Program-made: the position numbers and the translations under genes
Notes under the pieces: generated by a model
Databases searched by the model: none
What the model was told of the DNA's origin: nothing
The model's input: only the letters and a program-made list of their open reading frames with translations
From: Octopus sinensis
Taxonomy: Eukaryota
Reading direction: 5' to 3'
NCBI RefSeq assembly: GCF_006345805.1
Contig: NC_042997.1
Location: 104,098,001-104,162,000 of the forward strand
DNA: 64,000 nucleotides
In this document: positions 14,761 through 26,900 of the stretch, in pieces
How positions within the stretch are numbered: the first letter of the stretch is position 1
Layout of the letters: each line of letters begins with the position of its first letter

Positions 14761-15306
14761 TAGTCAGAGCATGCAGAAAGGCGCTAATCTGCCAGTATGT
14801 GGATTCACCACACTGTTGTAAATACTCATCACCAATTTCATTAACAGCTTTTAATACCGTATCTAGTGGGTTTATTATTATTATTATTATTTTACTTATT
14901 TCGATAGAAAATACTCTCTCTTCGAGAGACTCCTTCACAGCCGAAGTTATTTTTCTCGGAAAATTTCAGTTAGAGCACATTTCACTGGCATATATTCCTG
15001 ACTACCACTACTACTACAATAATCGTTGCGGTTGTGCCTGCTATTTACCATAATCGTAGTAGGAGATAGTGGTCAGTTACTTGAGCCAGTAATGTAGTTT
15101 GGCGGACAGGCACTGCATAATCTGTTGGAATGTTGCTAACTGCGAAACCACGTTGTGAAGTTATATCATTCACGTTTGCGTTTTTGTTTATAGAGTTGTA
15201 TCTACGTATGTATGTATGTATGTATGTATGTGCGCATGTATGTTTATATGCATGTATGTATATGTGTATGAATGCCTGTACGTATATATATATATATATA
15301 TTATAT

Positions 15307-15423
15307 GGCCTGCTCGCTTAGCGAGCGGGGTGGCGTCATTCGAAGGATAAAACAATGCGAACGCATGGTGACCAGCGATGTGTAACAACATCTGATGTCT
15401 GGTCGGTCACGTGATCCACGTGA
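15307..15423. repeat. Short GC-rich, highly self-complementary element embedded in a (TA)n array
   Basis: Hairpins CCTGCTCGC/GCGAGCGGG, ATGCG/CGCAT, GACCAG/CTGGTC and GATGT/ACATC. (TA)n lies on both sides. Confidence 0.6.
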
Positions 15424-16377
15424 TATATATATATATATATTATATATATATATGTTAATATATATATAAAACAAGTGTATACACACACATATATATATAC
15501 ATATACATCCATGTATATTATATATATATATATATATATATGCATATGTGTCCATGTATATATTATTCTTTTTATTCTTTCTCCCTTAGCATTGCACGAT
15601 TTTTCGTGTATATGTAAGTATATATTCATACATACGGACTCAAATACACTGATATATGCACACATTTGTATATAACAATAAATGCCATATAAACTTACTG
15701 TTGAATCTAAATATACATAGCTTCAACAAACCAAATAATACACACAATTACACAGATGTATGTATATACGTTTTCATGTACATAAGTATAACCACTTACA
15801 GACATATACTCGATTTAACTTAACACATGTAAAAAAAATTATATTAATAATTCTACATATAAACCAGTAAACTCATCGATTAACACATGCGCATACTCGC
15901 CTCGCCGAAGAAAATACAAGAATACATACACATATTTAAAAGCGAAATAATTCACATACACATAGAGGAAGACTCAGACAGAGAACGAGAGAGAGAGAGA
16001 GAGGGAGAGAGAGACAGAAAGAAAGAGAGAGAAAATACATATTCATACAAATACACTCGCACATACACATACAGTCAGTCGTCATTCTTGATGTGTTTCG
16101 CAGAATTTCTGCTTTCTATGAGCCAATTTCCATCTTGCTTTCTGCTTAATGTTTAGAATATCCTGAGAATTTTCTCTGCACTGATTGATAAGAGAGAAGG
16201 CGAAAAGTTTGTTGTTTGCTTAGCACTAACAAATCAAGGATGAAATGTTGATGCTTTCATCTCTTCTACACTTCACATTTCAATCTCGTTTGTTGCTTTG
16301 TTGTTCACTTGGTGTTACTGGTTCCTGATGCCTTTATTGGTTTGTTCTTTGGCTTGATGGTGTGTATGACTATATTG

Positions 16378-16378
16378 A

Positions 16379-16430
<52 letters not shown>

Positions 16431-16603
16431 GTCGTTATCATTTTTATTATTTATTATTAATATTATTGCTATTATATCTTTGTTTTTGTGTGTTAAAAAA
16501 TCGTGCAATGCTAAGGGAGAAATAATAAAAAGAATAATAACGATAATAATAATGATAATAATAATATAATAATAATAATAAAATAATAATAATAATAATA
16601 ATA

Positions 16604-16638
<35 letters not shown>

Positions 16639-16901
16639 GAAGAAGAAGAAGAAGAAGAAGAAGAAGAAGAAGAAGAAGATGAAGATGAAGATGAAGAAGA
16701 AGGAAAAGAAGAAAGAGAAGAATTGCAGACAATGTAAAATATAATTTACAAAAAACAGAAAAACATAAAAATATATATATAATCAAACGAAAATAAATAG
16801 GAAATCAAACGTAAACCAAAAGAGAATAACTTGTACTATATATATCGCAGGATAAAAATATGTAGTAAACATATTATTCTCTCTCTCTTTCTTTCTTCCA
16901 T

Positions 16902-16952
<51 letters not shown>

Positions 16953-16998
16953 CTTCTCTTTCGTTCTTCTCTTTCTTTTCTTTCTTTCTTCTTTTTCT

Positions 16999-17061
<63 letters not shown>

Positions 17062-17072
17062 CTCTCTCTCTC
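16378..17072. repeat. Microsatellite cluster (TTA)n, (AAT)n, (GAA)n, (CTTT)n
   Basis: Directly visible. Confidence 0.95.
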
Positions 17073-17130
17073 TCGTACACATACGTATATACATCATATA
17101 TACATATAATATACGTATAGACATATGTGC

Positions 17131-17178
<48 letters not shown>

Positions 17179-17847
17179 TCATATATATGTTGGTGTGTAT
17201 AACAAATTTATTTTATATGTGTGATATATATTCGTTTAAAATAGGTATATGTCTCCAATGTCCACATCACTCTATATGTAGGTATGTGTAGGTGATTATG
17301 CATGTCCGTGTAGTGAATATGTACGTGTGTGTGTGTGTGTAGTATGCATGTATGCTATGTTTAAGTTCGTGTATGTATGCACATCAATAATTGAAGCAGG
17401 ATATATTTGAGCTAATGCAAACGTGAGAGAAAATATGTAAGAGAGTGACAAAGTATATATGCGAATGACATTTTCAAAGCCAAGAAAGTAAAGAGATTTG
17501 AATGCAATAGGGACGTAATGAAAGATATAGGACTTCGATTGAATAGGTAGGGAGACAAGCAGAGAGACACATACTCATATACTTACAAGTACACTTACAC
17601 AGAAGGACAAACAGACGATCAGATAGATAAATAGATAGATACATTGCATACGTGTATGCAGAGAAAAGTAGATAAAAGACACACGTATACACACGCGTGC
17701 ATCTGTGTATGTGTGCGCGGTTGCGGTATGCGCGTGTGTACGCGTGTGTTCGAGTATGTGTATATATATATATATATATATATTCATGTATACACATGTA
17801 AGTATGAGTGTGTGAATGTGCATGTATGTAACTGCGTAAGTAGTTTT

Positions 17848-17880
<33 letters not shown>

Positions 17881-19088
17881 CATACATACGTATATATACA
17901 TATACATGTATATATATATATATATATATGCATATGTATCTATATATACATATATATAAATATATATATATATATATACACACATACGCACACACACACA
18001 CGCATATATATATATATATATGTATGTATGTATATACGCATATATAGACATGTATATATGTGTAGAGAAAAGGAAGAGAGTAGAAGAGAATGTGGATAGG
18101 AGGGAGAGAAGGTAACAGAGGACGAGAAATGGGTAGATATAGACAGATATAGTTGCAGGCAGACATAGATAGATATGCAGTGAAAGAAAGAAAAACGAAA
18201 AGAAACAGAGTCGGACAGACAAATGAGTAATGAATTGACTGGGAGATGAGGTTAAATGGCCTCAAAGAAAAATTGATCTCAAATAAAAGGAAGAAGAAAA
18301 GAACGACGATACTGTGTTAGATGTGGGTAGGAAGAAAACAACCCGGACGCCATCTTATATTTCAAACTATACGATCATCACTGGGGCAATGACGTTATGA
18401 TAGAACAAGATCGGAATCGAGCTAGCTTTTGTATAAGCTGGCCTTTAATGTCATGAATCTTTGTTGATGTGATTTAACATCAACCCGTTGTAATGACTCT
18501 AATGAAAGAATCTCGAATGATGTAGGTAAGGGTGGGGGGATGAAAGAAACGAGTTGGAAGTTTATAAGATTAAAGATGGCTGGGTAAGGATGGGCAACAT
18601 TGTGAATAGACGTTACTGTGGGAAAATAATGAACCAAGCAAAGCAGACTGAACAAGTATAACAAATAAAAATATGAGAGATTACAAATAAATAAACACGA
18701 AAATACGTAAATAAGTAAATAAATAAATAGCCGAAATGCGAACCGTTAAGATTGCTCAAATTCAGTCGCACACATATTCGAGTTTGTTAATGCGTATTTG
18801 TATGTACATGAATATACACATGTATATGCATGTATACAAACATCCGTGTATTTACACATAAAACAAAAATCAGAGGCAGAAAATCAATTTATTCAGTCTA
18901 CGTGAGGAAAAAGAGAGATACATGTATGTGTGGCATATTTATATATACATACATATTTATTTAAAAGACACATGCGCACATAAATACACACACATTCAAA
19001 CTAATGTGCATATGGAAACGTGCATACACATAACTGCACATGCACATACACATACGTTTATATAAACACACGTTTACACATATATTAC

Positions 19089-19157
<69 letters not shown>

Positions 19158-19560
19158 TAATAATGACTAGTAATAATAATAATAATAATGACTATTAATA
19201 ATAATAATAATGATGATAATAATAATAATGATAATAATAATTATTATTATTGTTGTTGTTGTTGGTCTTGGCGTCAATATTGTTATTACTATTGATTATT
19301 AAAGTATCGTTAATAATTTCAAAATAATAATATATTAGGACTATGTATGTATGTATAGAGACACAAACACACACACACACACACACAAACACATAAAAAG
19401 TACTGTTAATAGAAGTCAGGGTGCGTTGCGTTCTGTTACTTAATAAATTAAAAAGGTATTTTAAACAAGAGCACTCAGACAGTTCAAACTTTCGCCAAGG
19501 CATCAGCAGCGACCTCTCAACGATTACACATAGATGATTTTTGAATGAGAATATCTGAAA

Positions 19561-20455
19561 CTAGATAAACACTCGGAGAGCGCAGACCTCCGCCAAGCAG
19601 CTCATTTCCACCCATATACACGCATGCTGGAAACCGCCAATTTCCCAAACCGACGCCGGCAAAAACGGCGGGGTTAAAAAAAAATAACGCAGCCATATGA
19701 TTTAAAGAAAAAGAAACCCTTTAAAAACAGGAATCATCTGAAGCAGTTATCAATGACAACAGCAAGCTAGTTTGAGTGATACACACATAACATCAAAATC
19801 GGAAAAGTAACAGTCGGTTACAGTGACTTGTGAACGCCGATCCTGGTTCACGTAAACATGATCGAGCAGGCTTCCATAGTCGGTGGTGGGTTTTTGGACT
19901 AGTTGGCTGAACCCAGACTGGTTCATAGTTGTCAAGATCTCATGGTTAGAGGAATCAAGGAGATCCACGTTGAAATCACCAAGGACGATGATCTGCTGAT
20001 TCCTAGGTAAAGATAAAAATGGTATATGTCTACTTACGAAACTAAACCTACCTACCTACTTTACATCCCTCTGTAGTCAGTATAGTAACAAGAGTCCATA
20101 GATATGCGAAAAAATTACTAATAGAGAAACAAAAATATAACTTTGGAAACAGCAACGCCACCATAGGTTACATGGAAGCGATGAACGTGTTTTCAAGGGA
20201 GATAACCAAAGAACGTAACATTGTAATACTCCATGTATAGTAAATATAACAAATGAAAAATCCTTCAAGAATCCATAAAATTCTTGGTTCACTACCAAAG
20301 TTTCATCAACTGTTTCTTGTGTCATTACCAACTTCACCTGCAAGTTTCATCAAATACCGATCACAACTTTTTGAGTTATTTTGCACACAGACGGACAGAT
20401 GGACAAACCAACGTCATTGAAAACATAACCTCTTTCCTTGGCGGAGGTAATAAAC
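19561..20455 (-). mobile_element. Helitron2/Helentron internal-deletion derivative with asymmetric subterminal inverted repeats
   Basis: Perfect 12-bp inverted repeat ACCTCCGCCAAG (19586-19597) / CTTGGCGGAGGT (20437-20448). The minus-strand 5' end is TTTATTACCTCCGCCAAGG. The 3' end has hairpin CGGAG/CTCCG followed by CTAGTT. It encloses an endonuclease fragment. Confidence 0.75.
19750..20055 (-). pseudogene. C-terminal APE-type (EEP) endonuclease fragment, about 100 open codons, inside the Helentron derivative
   Basis: LPRNQQIIVLGDFNVDLL...GFSQLVQKPTTDYGSLLDHVYVN...DCYFSDFD. The GDFN and DH motifs are intact, but the terminal SDH reads SDF. Confidence 0.8.
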
Positions 20456-20529
20456 TCGACTGCACTCACAAACGAGAATACTAACAACGAATTAAAAATT
20501 AAGTAAAAAAGACGGAAATTTAGTAACAG

Positions 20530-20818
20530 TGATAAATAGTTTATCCTTATCTAATACAAGCCAAAGTTACAGCCTGAGAAAGACTTGAAAGTTAACGTAA
20601 GATCGCAATCATGTAAAGTAAATATAACAAATAATTCAGAATCCTTATCCGGTGCCGGATCAATCCCAAAATCTAATCAGTTCCTGTCAGTCACGAGGCC
20701 AAACATCCCTGAGTATTTCATCTGAATCCATCCAGCGGTTCTTGAAATATCTTGTCCACGGACAAACAAACACGACTGAAAACAATACCTCGACCTTCGC
20801 TAAGGGGGAGGTAATAAA
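20530..20818 (-). mobile_element. Second non-autonomous Helentron-like (HINE-type) element, 3' end missing
   Basis: The 5' end TTTATTACCTCCCCCTTAGCGAAGG and the body are homologous to 20200-20455 (CATGTAxAGTAAATATAACAAAT shared). Confidence 0.6.
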
Positions 20819-21539
20819 CAAGCGACATAACGTATACTGAGTATACAACCGGACGGGAGATAGATACAGGTGTCTAATTCTTCATCAGTTAACTCCCAAA
20901 ACAATACAGAGTGGACATACGAAAGTGAATGAATGTGACTTAAGACGATGGACAAAAACGAAATAAATAAGAAACGAACAAAATATAGCTTCAGGGTCAA
21001 AATAGCAAGAATGATGGGTAATGCGTAGAAGCCATCCTGAAGGATAGGAAACAGTGAGACACGAAATTTGCGACAGGTATGCATATACGTATATTTAAAC
21101 ATGTATACAATGTATGAGCATAAATTCTGTTTAAGTTTATAGCAACAATTTCAGTAAGTCAGCGTGTCTTATTTGTATAGTGTAGCACACATGTAAAGTA
21201 GGTAGACAGTTATTCAAATTTCAAAAATCCATCGTCAATTTACTAATCATAGACAGGTGGCGAATATATTTAATATTGATGAAACCCAAGAAATTTTGTT
21301 TAATGATCTATAGATTTATATCGTTCATCTCAGACGCAACATTTCATACCGATAATATCATAATGGGAAGATACCTGCTACTATGTTTTGTTCATATTAA
21401 GCCCACACAGCAACAGTTATCTTGCTACTTTGAGTAGACTTTAATAAATTTTTAAGGCATATCAACTACCTCACAATATTCGTCTTCATTTTCAAATAAT
21501 GAATGAAAATGTTGATTACAGGATGATTAGAAGCAAAAG

Positions 21540-22295
21540 GACTAGACTACCACTGCTAATGAAAACCTGATCAACAAAAACCGTAATTCTAATATAACCT
21601 ATTATAACACATCATATTCATCAATTTGAAATCCAATATCACCCAAAAAAATCTTCCAAAACTGAATATCAATATTTTGCTTTGATACAAGTATTTCAAA
21701 TTGTTTAATCTGACAGCTGTAGATAAACTATAGATGTACTATTTGTACGGTGGACATTTTTGCAGAAAGCAGGCTCCCTAACGCTCATGATTATTTGAAC
21801 CGGTATTTAAACCAAACTCCGTCTTTAAGCATGCAAGCATAAGAAGCTTTATAACATTATAAAGTCATACATATTGGAAAATATAATATCAACTGGGTTA
21901 TTGCACTCTCACCAAAATATATACCTTTGTGAAAGTCATTGCAGCCTCTGACATAACGAGAAATATTTCTAGCTTTTCGAAAGAGTAAAATTATACAAAG
22001 AAACAGAGCTAATGTTTAAGTGTCGACATGAAAATGCATTCTAACTTTCTAATACGAAGCAGTGATGTATAAACATCGAAAAAGATTGAATGAAATCGAA
22101 TGAGCAACTGGATGTCCGTAGTCTGCCATCCTCTACGCACAGCAACAGGGAAACTGAAAAAGTGATGAACAAATATCAATTCAAACGACTGTTAGAGATA
22201 TCTGATCGTCCAGGTTTTCCTGTCTGAAGATTAACCGCTGAGAGAAGTATAAAACTGAGTAACGGGATGATGTAAACTAGAACTATAACCATCTA
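21540..22295 (+). mobile_element. Penelope-like element 3' part (C-terminus of the GIY-YIG region) plus putative pLTR, highly decayed
   Basis: Translation CSL*HNEKYF...KETELMFKCRHENAF*LSN resembles the CxLCLxEK...KRxELxxKCRHxN end of Naiad/Chlamys-type PLEs. A hammerhead relic lies at 22219-22266. Confidence 0.6.
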
Positions 22296-22322
22296 TATAC
22301 AAATACATACATACATCATACA

Positions 22323-22430
<108 letters not shown>

Positions 22431-23300
22431 ATAAAGAGAGAGAGAGAGAGATGCGTGTGTGTGTGCATGTTGTGTTGTTGTGTTTGACTGGGAATTAATG
22501 TGAGTGAGTGTGCGCGCGCCATTTTGTGTGTGCGTGTGTGTTTGTGGATGTGTGTATAAAATAACAGCTAAAACATGTAATCCTACCTCGTTATTATCCC
22601 CACCAATAATGTTTGAATAATGTAACGAATAAACTCAACTTCTTGAAAATTTTATCTGGTGTTTCTGTTAGCCGTGCGATATGTAGTAGACAATTAGAAT
22701 GGTAAGAGCGGCAGCAGAAATGACTATCGGTATTTAGGGAGAAAGTACCTTCTTAATTCATCTTAGTCATTTAACCATTCGGAATCGACTAAATAACGTA
22801 GCAATCAAATATTGTATCCATGTACTCATATGTCTTCCTGCCTGCAGGCTTTGTACTTACGTTAAGATATATATTAAGGTCTAACAAAATTGTGTACGCA
22901 TGTGTGTTTATACATCACTGATTGAATCACTTACATTTATTGGCAAGTTATTTAAATACTATTTAGGAGTTTTCCCCGACCTTAAAAATGGGAAGCAATA
23001 TTTTTGAATTCAGTATTCAATAAGAATTATTTTCATTTTATTTTGATGGCAAAATTTTGTAATCAGAGGAATTTTTATTACCTTTCATTCATTCGAGTCC
23101 TGTATCAACACTAAATAAGGGATTAAATGAATGAAGACAATATGCAATGACACTTGTTGAACTGGCAACAGAGCAGATAATACTAAGTATACGTCCAGCA
23201 ATGATTTACTGGAACCTTTACATCCAAAGCCATTACGGATGACTGCTTTTACTGAATCAGGAGTGCTCACCTTGGTTGACACACTCTAGATTAAGCACAT

Positions 23301-23592
23301 TCTTTTATTCTTTTATTAGTTTCAGTCATACCTCAGGAGTTATTTTTTTATACCTAGTACTTATTCTATTGGTCTGTTTTTCTGAACCGCTAAGTTACAG
23401 AGTCATAAACACACCAGCACCGGTTGTGATGGGGGAACAAACTGGCACATAGACACATATACAGATATATATTCTGTAGAAGAGCGTAGGCTCGAAACGT
23501 AAAAGTATTTTTCTATTCCTGAGCGTTATACTAATACATCTGTTTGTTTTGTACACCACCTGTCTTCGTCTTTTGTTTCTTTCGTAAACTCT

Positions 23593-23664
<72 letters not shown>

Positions 23665-23815
23665 CATACATATATACATATATACATATATACATACGAC
23701 TGGTTTCTTTCTGTTTCCGTCTATCAAATCCACTCACAAGGCTTTCGTCGGCTTGCAGACACGTGTCCAAGGCGGTTAAAAAGCAAGGTTTTCACCACAC
23801 AGCCACGCTTGTGTC
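23301..23815 (-). mobile_element. SINE family A interrupted by a 120-bp hammerhead-like insert and (TA)n
   Basis: Tail at 23301-23458 and head at 23695-23815, with the insert at 23474-23595. Confidence 0.7.
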
Positions 23816-24337
23816 TATTCAGTATACGTAAATAAATGAGATACGAGTACCTGAGCATTAGCATAAATGATGTAAGTTTATTAATATTCTGCTGTGTAAG
23901 GTACTAGTCTGTACAAGGTACTAGTAAACTACTCTGGCACCGTAGAGACTTGAAGTCCTTGTTCGTAAAATAATGTGTATTATAAGAGTTCCAGACCACC
24001 ATGTCCAGAAATTAAATGTTCTTGTATCAATATGCAAGAACAATTTTGCTGTTCGATCATAAATGAAAATCCTCATATTTTGTTCTTTTATTCAGTTTCA
24101 TTTCTTTATAAGAACGTAAAGCTTGTCAAGATACGATAGTTCGATATGATGTTTGAAAAAATGATTAGCTGATAGACGATTGGATGAATTAATTCAACAG
24201 AATAAAAAAAAAAAAACCTAAATCAGAAACGGAATGTAGTAGCTGAGAGACAGTATGTAATATAGAGCTTTCAGGGAGGAAAAATGTATGTTTGGTTAAT
24301 GGCTTAGTTATTAAGTACTGATATAATAATTGTATTC

Positions 24338-24917
<580 letters not shown>

Positions 24918-25334
24918 TAAAAATATAAAATATCTTTTTTTTTTTCTGTCTTTGCTTAATTTTTTAAAATTATATTTAATTTACATCTGGAACGCCATAA
25001 TTGGTTAAGTAGTTGAAAACCCCTTCGAAAAATCTTTTCTCACGACAAATTTCATTTAGTATGATTTGTTGTTGACTTATTCTCTGATTTCATTGATAAG
25101 CTAAAGCTCTCCAACTTCAAAACCTGAGTATATCAGCTTTTATTCTTTTCTTTTTCCGTAAAATTTGAAACTGTTTAAAAAGAGAATTGCAATACACTTT
25201 TTTTTTACCGAACGGGTTTATAGACCTTTCTACGCAGCGCATACACACGCAAACATACGCACACTCATATACGCATACATGCACAGACGCACGCAAAAAC
25301 TAAAGCGCGTACATGTATATGCATATCTTTTAAT

Positions 25335-25440
25335 CTTTTACTTGTTTCAGTCACTGGACTGTAGCCCCACTGGAGCACTTCCTTGAAGGTCTTAGTCGAA
25401 TAAATTAACCCCAATACATATTTTTCAAAAGCTTGGTACT
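25335..25440 (-). mobile_element. SINE family A tail fragment
   Basis: TTTTACTTGTTTCAGTCA...GGAGCAC...TAGTCGAATAAAT. Confidence 0.55.
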
Positions 25441-25616
25441 TATATATGTGTGTATGTGTGTGTTGATAATACATAATACACATATATATATATACACATA
25501 TATAGATATACATATGTGCGTATAACATAATACATATATACATATATATGTATGTATATATATATGTGTGTATGTGTGTGTTGATATATATGTGTATGCA
25601 TAAGTACATACACATT

Positions 25617-25653
<37 letters not shown>

Positions 25654-26490
25654 ATACACACACAAACACACACATATATACACCTATACATGTATATACA
25701 CATAAGCATAGAAACACACATACACATTCTCAATCACATACACATACCCATACACACACCCATACATACACCCATACATACATACATACATACATACATA
25801 CATACATACATACATACATACATACACACATATACACATCGCATAAAAGTGCTGTTGCCGAATGTTGTACATTTGGTTGTATTAACGACACACGATTTTT
25901 GCCTAACATTGAAATATAAATGACATACATGTCTGACTACGTAAACCAATAAGTCCTTCTTTCAATACTAAACAGTTCAAGTATATTCATTATTTGAAAC
26001 ATAAGCCTTTCCTTCTAGTTAGAACCATATGTGAGGTTTGCAGTTTCTTCTTTTCTTGTTTTGCAATTTTACTATAAAAGAAATATAAAACATTGGGTTA
26101 CTTGAAGTTGTAGCATAATACTTGAAGTTAGTAATTTAACTTGACCAGAAATAGTTTAAGATTGGGAGAGAAAAAACTATAAATTCGACACGTGTGAAGC
26201 TATAATTTTTATATATTCTTTAGGTGTGCTTGAATATACTTGAACTTTGAGATGTTCTAAATGCATTACTAAAGGTAACAAACTTTATAAATTTTCAGGA
26301 AAATATAAATATAACAAGCAAAGAAGCTATTATTAAAATCTCTGTAAGAGATGGACGCAGTAACTGTACAGGCAAGTAATGTTTGCCTCCACTTCAGCAT
26401 GACTGTTCCCTTTCAGACGGATGTTACTGCACTTTTTTTATCTCTAAAAGGACATTGCCTCTAACTGGTTAGCGATGCAACCTGCGTCCG

Positions 26491-26564
26491 ATATATTGCG
26501 AGCAGGGGAGCGAATCCCTACCACCATCTAGCGACGGAACCAGCAGACAGGCCTGGTTTCGGGC
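26491..26564. repeat. Interspersed repeat of unknown class (second copy at 42669-42742)
   Basis: Shared core ATATATTGCGAGCAGGGGAGCGAATCCC...ACCAGCAGAC...CGGGC in both copies. Confidence 0.75.
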
Positions 26565-26639
26565 AATTTCTACCTTTCCTCACTGATGGACACCTCGTCT
26601 GATAGAGATGGCTATATATATATATGTATATATATATGT

Positions 26640-26746
<107 letters not shown>

Positions 26747-26794
26747 CGAGAGAGATAGAAATGATAGAAAATGGAATGAACAGCATTCTTTATT

Positions 26795-26900
26795 TAAAAT
26801 CACTACAATTGTTTCGACACATTAAAACTTTTAGTACATTGGTGAAGCGTTGTGTAATCATTATACATGCAAGGTGTAAAATACGACTCCTCAGGTGATT
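26795..26900 (-). ncRNA. Minimal type I hammerhead ribozyme (PLE/retrozyme type)
   Basis: AATCAC-CTGAGGA-G...C-GAAA-C-AATT-GT-A-GTGATT. Stem I is a perfect 6 bp, the core CUGANGA and GAAA are intact, stem III is palindromic (ACAATTGT) and the cleavage triplet is GUA. Stem II is imperfect with a long loop. Confidence 0.65.

Noticed and set aside
20002-20030. Splice acceptor in front of the Helentron endonuclease
   Set aside because: The reading frame continues upstream with plausible residues (SLPRNQQ), so no intron is needed.
26460-26600. HDV-like ribozyme in the unclassified repeat
   Set aside because: P3/L3/P4-like pieces exist on the minus strand, but I could not form P1 and P2 consistently.
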